Of a stretch of DNA of 64,000 nucleotides, positions 23,186-33,942 are shown in pieces (the first letter of the stretch is position 1; the number at the start of each line of letters is the position of its first letter). Below the pieces are notes generated by a model, which saw only the letters and a list, made by a program, of their open reading frames with translations, was not told where the DNA came from and did no database searches. The stretch is taken from positions 1 through 64,000 of the forward strand of contig OZ287067.1 in assembly GCA_965645245.1 (NCBI GenBank), read 5' to 3'. This DNA comes from Massalongia carnosa (taxonomy: Eukaryota). Made by a program: the position numbers and the translations under genes.

Positions 23186-26100
23186 TTAGGTCCGAGCTCC
23201 GCGAGGACCACCGGGCTTGGTAGGCCTCAGTCGATGAAAGTCTTCCAATAGGTCGGAGCAGTGGGTGACGTCCTTAGCTTCGGTCCAGTCGGGTGCGTCC
23301 CAACCAGTCCACTTGATTAGGTACTGTAAACGTCTTCGGAAGAAACGAGAGTCCAAAATTTCCTCGACCTCCCACTCCGTTTCACCTTCAACTTCGACAG
23401 GAGGGGAAGGAGCGGGTATGTGGCCGACGTGGGGGTGTTGAGAGACAGGTTCTAGGAGGGAGACATGGAACACAGGATGAACGTTCATGGAGGCGGGAAG
23501 GTCTAACTCGTATGCGTACTTGCTGACAACTTTCTTTATAGTGAACCTTCCAAGCTTTTTCCAGTCCAACTTTCGCGATGGCCGTTTGGTCTTTATATGT
23601 CGAGCGTCCAACCATACCTCGTCACCGATCTGAAACATAGGAGCCGGGGTCCTACTTGCATTAGCAGATGCTTCGTAACGTGCTTGAGCTAGGCGCATTT
23701 CGTCGCCGAGGTGTTCACTGATACTTTCCATTTTGAAAGCAAATTCGTCAGCGCTAATGACATGGGCATTAGGGGAGTCGCGATGAACAGGTTCAAAACC
23801 AAGACGGGGGTGGAAACCATAGTTGGCAAGGAATGGGCTGACGGACGTTGTCTCGGAGTCGGAGTTATTACTAGTGAATTCAGCCATGGGTAGCCAGTCG
23901 GTCCAATCATCTTGTTGATAAGACACATAGCTTCTGAGGTATTGTTCCATGACTGCATTATAACGTTCCGTTTGACCGTCAGTTTCCGGGTGAAACGACG
24001 TAGATAACCGACTGTTGATCCTTAGTCGTTCACATAGTGCTTTCCAAAAGTCAGCTATGAACTGGCCTCCTCGATCCGACACAATGGAGTCGGGTAGGCC
24101 ATGAAGTTTCCAGACATGTTCAACGTATAGTCTAGCCAAGGCCTTAGCGTCGGTGGTTTCTCTGCAGGGAATAAAGTGCTTCATCTTGGTTAGTCGACAA
24201 ACAACGCTTAGCACGGCGTTTTTATCACTACTTTCGGGTAGGCCGGTAACGAAATCCATAGATATGTCCTTCCATCGTTGTTGGGGAACGGGCAAAGGTT
24301 TTAACACTCCGTACTTGGCATGATGGGAAGCTTTACTGCGAGAGCATGTATGACAGTGTTGAACATAGCGAGCAATGAACTGATGATATCGGGGCCAGTA
24401 GTAGTCTCGCGCCATCAGACTAAATGTTTTAGATCTGCCTGGATGGCCGGCGACTGGGCTGTCGTGATATTCCTTGCATAGTCTCATTTTTAGTTCATGC
24501 CAATCAGGGACATAAAGCCTTTCCTTGTAGTATATTCTTCCATTCCTGTCTTCGCATTCGGCTAGGGTGATGTCCTTGCTGTGTCGAGCACCGTTTCGGA
24601 GAAGGGTCAGGATTTTGTTAGGCGTGGGGTCATGTTCATATCCTAGATCAATGAGTTCGTCTATAGATTTGTCTTCCGAGTCGAGGGCAGGGGCGAGATT
24701 CGATGGTTCAATGGCGATGTCAGGTGCGATGTCAGGTGCGATGTCACGTTCAGAGTCGGACACGTCAGTCACACGAGGCACGTTGTTAGCATGAAGTTCA
24801 AAATTATGCGGTTTTAATACCACCTGATTCTGATGTTCTAGTCTCACGTCCCCTTCTTTAGGAAGATCTCCTGATCTTCTAGTCAAAGCGTCAGGTTTTC
24901 CGCCTAATTTGCCGGGTCGATACGTGATTTTGAAGTCGAAACGTGAGAGATATTCTGCCCAGCGGGCCTGTCGCCTGCTTAGCTGCTTGGTGGTGGTGAA
25001 ATACTCCAGGTTTTTATGATCAGTGATTACCTTGACCGGGTAGGCGGCTCCCTGAAGTTCTGGTCTCCATTCCTCGAAGGCACGTATTATGGCTAACAGT
25101 TCTTTATCATAAATCTCGTAATTGCACTCTGCCGGTGACAAACGTCGCGAGAAAAAGGCTACGGGGCGAAGGACTCCATCGTCATCATACTGTGAGAGGA
25201 CTCCGGCATTGACATAATCGGAAGAGTCAGTTTCAACCACGCTTTCCTTATCAGGGTCAAAATGCAGCAAAACAAGGTCACTAGTGAACATAGCCTTCAG
25301 ATCTTCGAAGGCCTTGGCGCAGTCATCGGTCCATACGAATGGTATCTTCTTTTTTGACATAGCAGTCAATGGTCCGGCTATACGAGAGAAACCCTTGACA
25401 AATCGACGATAGAAATTCGCGAATCCTATGAAGGCCTGCACGTCCTTGAGGTTCTCGGGGGTGTTCCAATTCTGAATAGTTTCAATTTTCTTAGGGTCCA
25501 TTCTTATACCATCTTTGGATATTATTAACCCTAAGTAAATGGTCTCCGTGACATGGAATTCACACTTTGAGATGTCGAGTTGTAATCCGGCCTTTTGTAA
25601 GGCCATCAGCACTTTTCTCACATGATCCTTGTGTTCTTTCAGGGAATTGCTGTAAATCAATATGTCATCGATGTACGCGGTGCAGAAGATGTCTAGATAT
25701 TCACGAAGCACATCATTAATGTACTCCTGAAACGAAGATGGGGCTCCACAGAGTCCAAACGGCATGACGAGATATTCATATAATCCATAGCGTGTTCGAA
25801 AGGCAGTCTTCCATTCCTCTCCATGAGCTACACGGAGACGGTTGAAGGCCGCGACAATATCCAACTTAGTAAAGATAACTGCTTTACTCAGGCGGTCCAA
25901 GGTTTCTCTGATCAAAGGTAGGGGGTATCTGTTCTTGATCGTTATCGCATTTAATGCTCTGTAATCAACACAAAAACGCAGGCCTCCGCCTGGTTTCCTA
26001 ACGAACAACACCGGGGACGCAGCAGGGGAAGAACTGGACCGAATAAAACCCTTCTTCAGGTTTTCCGTCAGATACTTCTGTAGAACTAACAGTTCATCTC

Positions 26101-27175
26101 GACTCATGCCATATAACGGGCCATACGTGGGTTCCTTTCCATTCATCAACGGAATTTTATGATCATGGCTACGTCGCCCCGGAAGTTTATCAGCTTCTTT
26201 CTTGGAAAATACATCAAGAAATTCATGATATTCCGATGGCAACACTGTAGCGGGATCAACTTCCGGCTTAGGGTTCAAGGAATGTTCAATGTCTCTCATG
26301 TTCACGGTAAAGAGTTCACACTCCTTCTTCTTCGCTAGACGGGTAAAGGGGGCTGCCCCTATCATACATATGCTCAATGGTGGATTCTTATGGGTCGGCG
26401 GCGGAACGAGCAGGGACGGGACGGGTGAAGTCCAAGGCAAGATAGGCGAAACGGGCAAGGTCGGAGGCAAGATGGGCGAGGCGGCGATCGCGATCGATTT
26501 TGAATTAACGCGCCGATTTAACCGGCCGGGCCTGTTAAATCTAACCGCTTCGGGACTAGGGTCTTCGGTGATTGCAGCAGTCAAGTCGGTACTAGCGCTG
26601 CTTTCAACTACGAGGGGTTTTTCAGCGCGGAGTTCTGGAACGTTGGTTATGCCGATGACCGTGTTTGACTCGGAGTTGTCAAGACAGTGCTGACGGCAGT
26701 AAGGTGAGTTGAAAGTGAGAGAGTTCATGGCCCATCGTATGCTGACGTCGTGAATTTGCAGCCATTTAATGCCGAGAACGATGGGATAGTGACCGAGGCT
26801 AGTGACGAGAAGGTTAGCGGGTTCGGAATGCGAGGCGATGTCAAGGTTCAGACGGGCGAGGTGAGTAAGCTTTCCAGACGACACGGGACGGCCGTCTGCG
26901 AGTTCAAGAATACGAGGGTTCTTCATGAGGGCGAGGGGTATGCGATGATGGTGCGCGAACGAGGAATCAACAAAGGCAAATCCAGATGCTCCACAATCAA
27001 TCAATGCATAAGTCTTGATTCTGATTGTTCCTATGGAAACAACAAGAGACACAACCAAATGCCTTCCATCCAAATATTCTTCGGATAGAGGTTCTTTGGA
27101 CAAGGAAAATGCCGAAATCGAAATAGTTTCTTTTTGTCTTCGGCCGCGACTTAGGCCGAAGACTGAACTTTTCCC
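23186..27175 (-). CDS. Gypsy-A Pol (PR-RT-RNase H-integrase-chromodomain), -1 frame relative to gag
   Basis: Uninterrupted ORF with LIDCGAS, YIDDILI, ETDSSD, HPGRSKT...CHTC, VSDRGGQF, VHPVFHVSLL and WEVEEILD...YLIKWTG. Confidence 0.96.
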   Translation of the reverse strand, partial: GKSSVFGLSRGRRQKETISISAFSLSKEPLSEEYLDGRHLVVSLVVSIGTIRIKTYALIDCGASGFAFVDSSFAHHHRIPLALMKNPRILELADGRPVSSGKLTHLARLNLDIASHSEPANLLVTSLGHYPIVLGIKWLQIHDVSIRWAMNSLTFNSPYCRQHCLDNSESNTVIGITNVPELRAEKPLVVESSASTDLTAAITEDPSPEAVRFNRPGRLNRRVNSKSIAIAASPILPPTLPVSPILPWTSPVPSLLVPPPTHKNPPLSICMIGAAPFTRLAKKKECELFTVNMRDIEHSLNPKPEVDPATVLPSEYHEFLDVFSKKEADKLPGRRSHDHKIPLMNGKEPTYGPLYGMSRDELLVLQKYLTENLKKGFIRSSSSPAASPVLFVRKPGGGLRFCVDYRALNAITIKNRYPLPLIRETLDRLSKAVIFTKLDIVAAFNRLRVAHGEEWKTAFRTRYGLYEYLVMPFGLCGAPSSFQEYINDVLREYLDIFCTAYIDDILIYSNSLKEHKDHVRKVLMALQKAGLQLDISKCEFHVTETIYLGLIISKDGIRMDPKKIETIQNWNTPENLKDVQAFIGFANFYRRFVKGFSRIAGPLTAMSKKKIPFVWTDDCAKAFEDLKAMFTSDLVLLHFDPDKESVVETDSSDYVNAGVLSQYDDDGVLRPVAFFSRRLSPAECNYEIYDKELLAIIRAFEEWRPELQGAAYPVKVITDHKNLEYFTTTKQLSRRQARWAEYLSRFDFKITYRPGKLGGKPDALTRRSGDLPKEGDVRLEHQNQVVLKPHNFELHANNVPRVTDVSDSERDIAPDIAPDIAIEPSNLAPALDSEDKSIDELIDLGYEHDPTPNKILTLLRNGARHSKDITLAECEDRNGRIYYKERLYVPDWHELKMRLCKEYHDSPVAGHPGRSKTFSLMARDYYWPRYHQFIARYVQHCHTCSRSKASHHAKYGVLKPLPVPQQRWKDISMDFVTGLPESSDKNAVLSVVCRLTKMKHFIPCRETTDAKALARLYVEHVWKLHGLPDSIVSDRGGQFIADFWKALCERLRINSRLSTSFHPETDGQTERYNAVMEQYLRSYVSYQQDDWTDWLPMAEFTSNNSDSETTSVSPFLANYGFHPRLGFEPVHRDSPNAHVISADEFAFKMESISEHLGDEMRLAQARYEASANASRTPAPMFQIGDEVWLDARHIKTKRPSRKLDWKKLGRFTIKKVVSKYAYELDLPASMNVHPVFHVSLLEPVSQHPHVGHIPAPSPPVEVEGETEWEVEEILDSRFFRRRLQYLIKWTGWDAPDWTEAKDVTHCSDLLEDFHRLRPTKPGGPRGART

Positions 27176-28305
27176 TCCTCTTCCGAAGTCACCGTGCTCA
27201 GTTCATATGTCCTCACTCTAGGTTTTCCCTTGGAGGCTGGGCAGGAATTGGCGAAATGTCCTGATCCTCCACAGTACATGCATAGTCCTTCGTTCATGCG
27301 GCGTGATCTTTCCGCCGGGGTGATGGGACCGCGACGCCTGGAGGTCGACAGGTCCATGGCGTCCGTGTCTGCGGATGGGGTGATTGCGGGCCTAGGAGCG
27401 GGAGTGCTGAAGGTGGAGGTGGAAGAGGTCTTGGTAGTCGGGGTGGACGGGGCGGAGGAAGAGCGAGATGAACCATATGAAAATGGTTTGCGGATTGAGG
27501 CCTGGACGGAACGGAATCGATTATCAATTTTCTGGAGAACTTGTATGGTGTCGTCCAACGACGGGGGTAGGTCAACCGTGATGAGAGCAGATTTCAACTC
27601 ATCACTGAGACCATCTAGGAGAATGGATCGCTTGGCTTCATCATCGAAGCCTGTGTCTGGAACGAGACGTTGATAATCTGATAGGTATAGGTAGAACTCT
27701 TTATTCTTTTGTCGAAGCTGTCGCAGTTCCCTTTGTGCTGTCGCTTTTCTATCGGGGTCACCGAAGGCCAATTGCAATTTTGTATAAAACGCTTCCATAT
27801 CGACAAGAGCGATATTTCCATCTTTTTCCAGGTACGGCTGCAGTTGTTCCAATGCTCTCTCCTTCAAGCGGCTTAGTGCATAAGCGAGCTTGCTTTGCTC
27901 GGTGGGATAGTGGTCCTTGTTGATGTTCAGCTTTATTCGGAGTTGCGTCATCCATCCCCGAAGTTCTGCCTTATCGCCACCAAAGGAAGATGGGTCCGGA
28001 TGTTTGGTAGAACGATGTGACTTAGACTGCGAGGCATCGATCAGATTGGTGCGAAGTTCGTCTATGACAGCTTGTCCAGCGGCCATGGTGATTGCATTCT
28101 CGGACAGAGTGATGTTAACCTGCTCAAGGGAAGATAGTGCAGTTGCTTTGTCGGTCTCTAAAGTGGTGATAAGTTCCTGAGCATTGGCCGAGAAGTTGGT
28201 GACGCGAAGAAGGAACTCGAGCCATGCCTGTGGCTGTTGCTGCACGGCAGTTCTCAGTTCGTCGGCGTTGGAAACGGAGATAGGGGGGTCGAGGTTGATG
28301 GACAT
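27151..28305 (-). CDS. Gypsy-A Gag
   Basis: PDPSSFGGD, LRQLRQ, AMDLS and zinc knuckle CMYCGGSGHFANSC; ATG at 28305. Confidence 0.94.
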   Translation of the reverse strand: MSINLDPPISVSNADELRTAVQQQPQAWLEFLLRVTNFSANAQELITTLETDKATALSSLEQVNITLSENAITMAAGQAVIDELRTNLIDASQSKSHRSTKHPDPSSFGGDKAELRGWMTQLRIKLNINKDHYPTEQSKLAYALSRLKERALEQLQPYLEKDGNIALVDMEAFYTKLQLAFGDPDRKATAQRELRQLRQKNKEFYLYLSDYQRLVPDTGFDDEAKRSILLDGLSDELKSALITVDLPPSLDDTIQVLQKIDNRFRSVQASIRKPFSYGSSRSSSAPSTPTTKTSSTSTFSTPAPRPAITPSADTDAMDLSTSRRRGPITPAERSRRMNEGLCMYCGGSGHFANSCPASKGKPRVRTYELSTVTSEEEGKVQSSA

Positions 28306-29339
28306 TATGGTAATGCACCAGGTGAATAGGCAGGTCGAACGTAGTGTCACGGTGCGAGGTCAGGTAGGAATTCAGGTGGTGCAAACGTGTTACTTGATTG
28401 TCTAGCTAGGTGGACAAGACGTTCGACAAGGAGAAAAGAAACAGAAAATCCAACGTGGGCGAGTATAAGACTCTGGCGAACGGAACTAGTCCCAATCCAG
28501 CCGTTGATCCAATTTCCCCAAGTCCCTAGCATGAAACTATCGCCATGACACTATTGATAGTCGGAACACTTACCTTTGAACCGGATTAAGCTTAGTTCCT
28601 TTCGGATCGGCTAACCGGCTAGTGCTTCGTTCAAGCAGCTAAGGTTGATTCAATGAACTAACTGGCAGGTGCCCAGTCACTCCATGACAGAGGGCGTCCA
28701 CAAGGTGCGGGAAATAGAATACAGCAAGCATTCGACGCATCCACAAATCGAGAACCATCGCTTTTCGAACGGGCGGAACCGGAGACGCATTTGGCAGTGC
28801 ATCGAGCGGACTCGGCACCGGGTCGCGGCCGAGGTGGCAGACGAGGTGGCAGACGAGGAAGACGAGGGGGGGAAGATGAAGTTACACCAAGGACAACGAG
28901 GGTAACGAGGACAGCTACGTCCGGGGGGGCAAAGGCAACGACGAAAGGACGGGCACCGGCAGGGCGGACAGGTGGGACAGGTCGGCCAAAGAAGAGAACA
29001 GCAACGTCAGAACGGGCAACAAGCGAAGAAGATGACTTGATCATTGTAGATAGTCCAAATGAGGTTTAGCTCGTATCAAATCACTGTCTGGTTTGCAAAG
29101 ACAGTGCCAATCGACTCCGTTTCAATCATTCTCGATCGGCTGCTAACATTCGAAAAAAGGAAAAAATTTCAGGTGCCAAAGAAATTGCCCCCTCACTACC
29201 CCGATGCAGGTAAGCGGTAGGGCATGACCCTTAATCTTTACCTATTCTAGGAGGGGGGTGTCTGAGTATCATCGGGGGGTGTCTAGGTAACCCAGGGGAG
29301 TGTCTAGGTAACTAAAGGGGTGTCCATGTATCCGTACTC

Positions 29340-29427
29340 AATAAGTTAAGTCCCCACACTATGCCTAACTGGGTTAGGCGGGACCTTATTGTCTTGGTGG
29401 TTGTTTTGGCTGTACGTATCCCACATA
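29340..29427 (-). mobile_element. Continuation of the split 484-bp-family LTR, cut by a Tc1-like insertion at TA
   Basis: Matches ~8039-8126. Confidence 0.88.
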
Positions 29428-29793
29428 TTAGCGTATGCAAAATGATTTGCAATTTCGCTTATGAAAACACATACCACCAACATGACCCCACCATTCAAAC
29501 TCCAAAACCTTAATTTTCCTAGATATTCCTACTCCAAAATCCTAACATATTTTTATAATTTGGTAGACATCTATAGAAATTATTATGCCTCCAAATAGAC
29601 GGAGTAAAAAGGGACCAGTTAACTAAGTTTTGCCGCCGGCGCCGACTCGGGGGGTCGTCGCCGCCAAGTTCCTGCTCGCCTACGAAGCTCGCCCACCCCT
29701 CTTGGTCCTAACCCTCAAACCCCGCTCCAGGGTGCACGCCGTCCCCATGAGAGCCCTCCTCCTAATCCTCCTAACCCTCCTTCTTCTCCTCCT
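29428..29793 (+). mobile_element. 5' fragment of the two-gene Tc1-like element (TIR + start of the partner ORF)
   Basis: Near-identical to 46208-46305 joined to 51920-~52188; follows TA at 29426-29427; partner ATG at 29585 has an early CAA>TAA stop. Confidence 0.93.
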
Positions 29794-31066
29794 AGCTGCT
29801 GCTTGAAGTGCAGTCCTGCCATTGACTTTAGCAGCAGCAGCATTAACGTCAGCCTTCACTTGAAGCAACCTCTCCACGACATCTAAATGACCACCTTCAG
29901 CTGCTACTTGTAGTGCAGTCCTGCCATCCTTATAAGCAGCAGCAGCATTAACGTCAGCCTTCGCTTGAAGCAACTTCTCCACCACATCTAAATGACCACC
30001 TCGAGCTGCTGCTTGAAGTGCAGTCCTGCCATCGTATGAAGCAGCAGCAGCATTAACGTCAGCCTTCGCTTGAAGCAACTTCTCCACCACATCTAAATGA
30101 CCACTTTCAGCTGCTGCTTGAAGTGCAGTCCTGCCATCGTCATAAGCAGCAGCATTAACGTCAGCCTTCGCTTGAAGCAACTTCTCCACCACATCTAAAT
30201 GACCACATTCAGCTGCTGCTTGAAGTGCAGTCCTGCGATCGTATGAAGCAGCAGCAGCATTAACGTCAGCCTTCGCTTGAAGCAACCTCTCCACCACATC
30301 TAAATGACCACCTTCAGCTGCTGCTTGAAGTCCAGTCCTGCCATCGTATGAAGCAGCAGCAGCATTAACGTCAGCCTTCGCTTGAAGCAACCTCTCCACC
30401 ACATCTAAATGACCACCTTCAGCTGCTGCTTGAAGTGCAGTCCTGCCATCGTCATAAGCAGCAGCAGCATTAACGTCAGCTTTCGCTTGAAGCAACCTCT
30501 CCACCAAATCTAAATGACCACCTTCAGCTGCTGCTTGAAGTGCAGTCCTGCCATCCTTATAAGCAGCAGCAGCAGCATTAACGTCAGCCTTCGCTTGAAG
30601 CAACTTCTCCACCACATCTAAATGACCACCTCCAGCTGCTGCTTGAAGTGCAGTCCTGCTACCGGATGAAGCAGCAGCAGCATCAACGTCAGCCTTCGCT
30701 TGAAGCAACCTCTCCACCACATCTAAATGACCACTTTCAGCTGCTGCTTGAAGTGCAGTCCTGCCATCGTATGAAGCAGCAGCATTAACGTAAGCCTTCG
30801 CTTGAAGCAACCTCTCCACCACATCTAAATGACCACCTCCAGCTGCTGCTTGAAGTGCAGTCCTGCTACCGGATGAAGCAGCAGCAGCATCAACGTCAGC
30901 CTTCGCTTGAAGCAACCTCTCCACCACATCTAAATGACCACCTTCAGCTGCTGCTTGAAGTGCAGTTCTGCCATAGTATTCAGCAGCAGCAGCATTAACG
31001 TAAGCCTTCGCTTGAAGCAACCTCTCCACCACATCTAAATGACCACCCCCAGCTGCTGATTGTAAT
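29794..31066 (-). repeat. 12 near-identical ankyrin repeats (102-108 bp) plus a partial 13th
   Basis: GRTALQAAAxxGHLDVVE[RK]LLQAKADVNAAA... repeated; identity is obvious at the DNA level. Confidence 0.96.
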
Positions 31067-33942
31067 CCTGAATCTAGAATGTATTGCGAAATACCTTCTG
31101 AGCCCAGACTAATCTCTATCAAATGTGCATGTCCTCTCTTTGCAGCGCCTTTGACGAGATTTAGAAGATTTTGTTTAATCCTTACGTCAGGGCCTATGAT
31201 CAACCAAGCTAACGAACAGTGGTTCTGTTCTACTACCCATTGTATGACTTTAGTAGTGCGCTTCTTCCAGTCCTCCATTGTCCATGGCATGCTAGATAGA
31301 GTGTCACGCCAACTAGCTTCCATTATTAAATTGGACCAGAGTCCCCACAGCTTCCTAGAACCAGGACTCATTCCATGCTTAGTGTGTTCAAGCCAGAATT
31401 GGTTTGCGTATGGTCGAAAGGAGTAAGGTCTGAGAATTATATCCTGGCGGCAAGCTTCGGTATCACCGGCTACTTCCTCCAATAGACGATGAACTGACTT
31501 GCCAGACTTATCATCTCGTCTCAGTAACTCAAGAGCAATTTAATTCGAGAAATTTCCAAACGATAGGCTATTCTTTATGATCATTGACGTGATACCGCTA
31601 GTGGTGATGCTTTTGCCGGTATTATGCGTTATGTTATTTGCCTATTGAACACGGGGAAATTGAGATATGTGACACAGATAGCACCTGCAATTTCATCGGC
31701 TTTTTTCAGATCGATGTGATATTTGCTCAGCGAATCCTGAACGGCTCTTGAAAGCAAATACTGTTTGACGCTACCATGCGTAAAGTGTACCGTTTGCTGT
31801 TCCTCTTCTATGAAGACGAGATTACCGCAACATGCCACCGCTTTCTTCATGTCGTTGATATATATATTATCATTCCATGCCTCTTGTAGTGGTATGGTCC
31901 CTATGGCTTCCCGAAGTTCTTCGACCGTAAGAGGACGTTTCGCTACACCCAGCGAAATATTTGCCTTCCAATATCAATGTCGTCAGCTTCGGTATATTTG
32001 GAGAGAATTCTTTTAAACGTCTCCGAAGATCGCGTGGAAGATTTCTCAATGCGGCAACTATCAGACTATCCGATTTTTTCTCACGCAACTCTTGGAGTTG
32101 AAATTTGACCCATAAGAACCTTTTGAGGTAAGCCCTACACTGTTATTTAGGACACAAGGATATCATACATTCCCTGAGCTTTCTTTTCAAGACAGTCTCG
32201 AATCGTTATTATCAGGGTTGGAGCATTGATTTGCAGTTCCGGTGTCTCGCCTTCTAGCCACGCCTCGAGTGTGACGCGGATGAATGTACGAATATCGTGA
32301 GCGACTCTGCTTTGATTCTCAACGGTTTCTAAATCGATATGCTGCTGGGTCAGGAATCTTCCTGGTAGCCAACTCAGTACGTTTGGACGACTAGACCAAA
32401 ATAAGTTTATACGCAAATGGGGGGAAAGCAAAAGCCCGTGGAAGATCTCAGCAACCTCCTTGACTTGTGCTTCTTCACATTCGTCCAAGCCATCCAGCAC
32501 TATAAAGTATTGGCGAGTATGGCTCAACATAGCTTCAAGAGCGCTAATGATGCTTGTTTCATCGATATTTTTCTGATTGAATGCGCGGAACGCTTTTGCA
32601 GGCAAATCACACATTAATTGCCTGGCAATACTTCCAATGATTGTCTTTGCTTTTAGAGAATCCGTTTCATCGAAGCGACAGAAAAAAAAGGCAGTAACAT
32701 CTTTCGGCGATACTTTCTCCATTAAATGTGCAGCCACACAAGCGCTTGGACTTCATTAGTAAAACTTCATCGTGAAAGCTAACAAGGGACTGAACCTTGT
32801 GACCGATTTACCCGATCCTACTGATTTTCACATAAGCATTGCTGGGCACTAGGAGTAATTATACACTTACACCTGCCAGTAAACCTAAGTGTTTTCAGAG
32901 TCCCAGATATCCATGCATGAAATTCTGGGTTCTCACATATCCACATTGATGTACTAGGTACGCACTCTTTACGAATCTGCCTGTACGTCTTCTGATAGTC
33001 ATAAGTCGAAAGACCGTTCAAAGCTTCCAATCTCTTTTCTTCAAATTTACGGCGGTCGATCTCCAAACGCAAATGTCTTTCCTCTTCCTTACTTTTGTGA
33101 TGATCGTTCCTGAATTTGTCCACGATTTCCCGATACCTCCTAGCATCCGAACGTTCTTTAGCTTGGAGCTCATTTTCCTGCTTTTGAGCTTGCTTCGATG
33201 CCAGAGATGCTTCCTCTCGAACTTCTTGAGATAATCTTGCAATTTCCCCTTCATACGGTCCGAACTCCGCCTTGAAGGAGACCAGCAGTGCCTTTGCCAA
33301 CTGTGTATATACTGGAAACACGTCAATTCTTGGACTGCGTCAAAGATAGACAAGGGAGTTGCGAAGAAGAACAGAAAGCGTATATACCTGGCTTTCGAAG
33401 AGACAGCGTTACGTGCTTACAAAGCCGTATAATGGCAGCGTAATAGTCATAGAGCGCTTTCTGTAGTCCTATTGAAGGATACAAGGATCTAAACCCATGA
33501 ATTCGAGGGCATTGCCTTCCTACATTCATGGGTAGGATTGACAACTGATCAAAGTAAGACGAAACATTGTTTGCAGCCTGCAAGTGTCAAACCTAATACT
33601 TGAGCCGGGGAGAGGTATTACGAGTAAAGCCAGTTTCACCCCTCCCTACACCAATGCCGCGACGTGAGGATTAGAGCTGATAAATACATCAACTACCTGA
33701 GAGAATTGCTGAATTGATTCAAGGAATGTAATCAGCCTTGGACCCATACATTGACTACGGCGGCTGCTGCATTTTCTATCAATGAGAGACGTGAGATTGA
33801 TAGCAGCTGTAGCATCTGGCAATGCTTGAGAGTGGAGTTGGCTCCTGTCTTCATCAGAAAGGATCGTCTCGTAGTCATGTAATGCTTGCGCAAGATTGAT
33901 TTCAGGCTTCAGCGGCGCTGCGCTAGCGAGCACCAAAGCCAT
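29794..33942 (-). pseudogene. NLR-like NACHT-ankyrin gene, multi-exon, frameshifted and 3' truncated
   Basis: Helical N-terminal domain (33646-33942); NACHT segments (WICENPEFHAW, P-loop split by an intron, FFFCRFDE, FIVLDGLDEC); winged-helix-like CCGNLV...FTHGSVKQYL; ankyrin array. Confidence 0.88.

Larger units (their letters stand above)
22829..28689 (-). mobile_element. Full-length Ty3/gypsy chromovirus (Gypsy-A), apparently intact
   Basis: 345-bp LTRs at 22829-23173 and 28345-28689 with no mismatch seen; TSD GAGGG; polypurine tract next to the 3' LTR. Confidence 0.97.
21047..29069 (+). pseudogene. MULE transposase (FAR1-type N-terminus + DDE), with a premature stop and a gypsy insertion
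   Basis: CDRG...SRRIECPF...HNH; MDCTYKTNRY, VTDMERGL, CLWH, GLPCSH. In-frame TAG at 21675-21677, probable intron near 22688-22740, C-terminus 28690-29069 (RGRP...RGG-rich). Confidence 0.9.
20833..29339 (+). mobile_element. Mutator (MULE) DNA transposon inserted in the LTR
   Basis: TIRs at 20833-~21006 and ~29145-29339 (GAGTACGG...CCGTACTC); TSD AATAAGTT at 20825-20832 and 29340-29347. Confidence 0.95.

Noticed and set aside
27151..27153. Stop-codon readthrough for Gypsy-A gag-pol
   Set aside because: Pol is in the -1 frame rather than in frame; the slippery site and hairpin explain expression.
29680..29793. Genuine Arg-rich C-terminal domain or NLS of the ankyrin protein
   Set aside because: It is antisense read-through into the transposon fragment.
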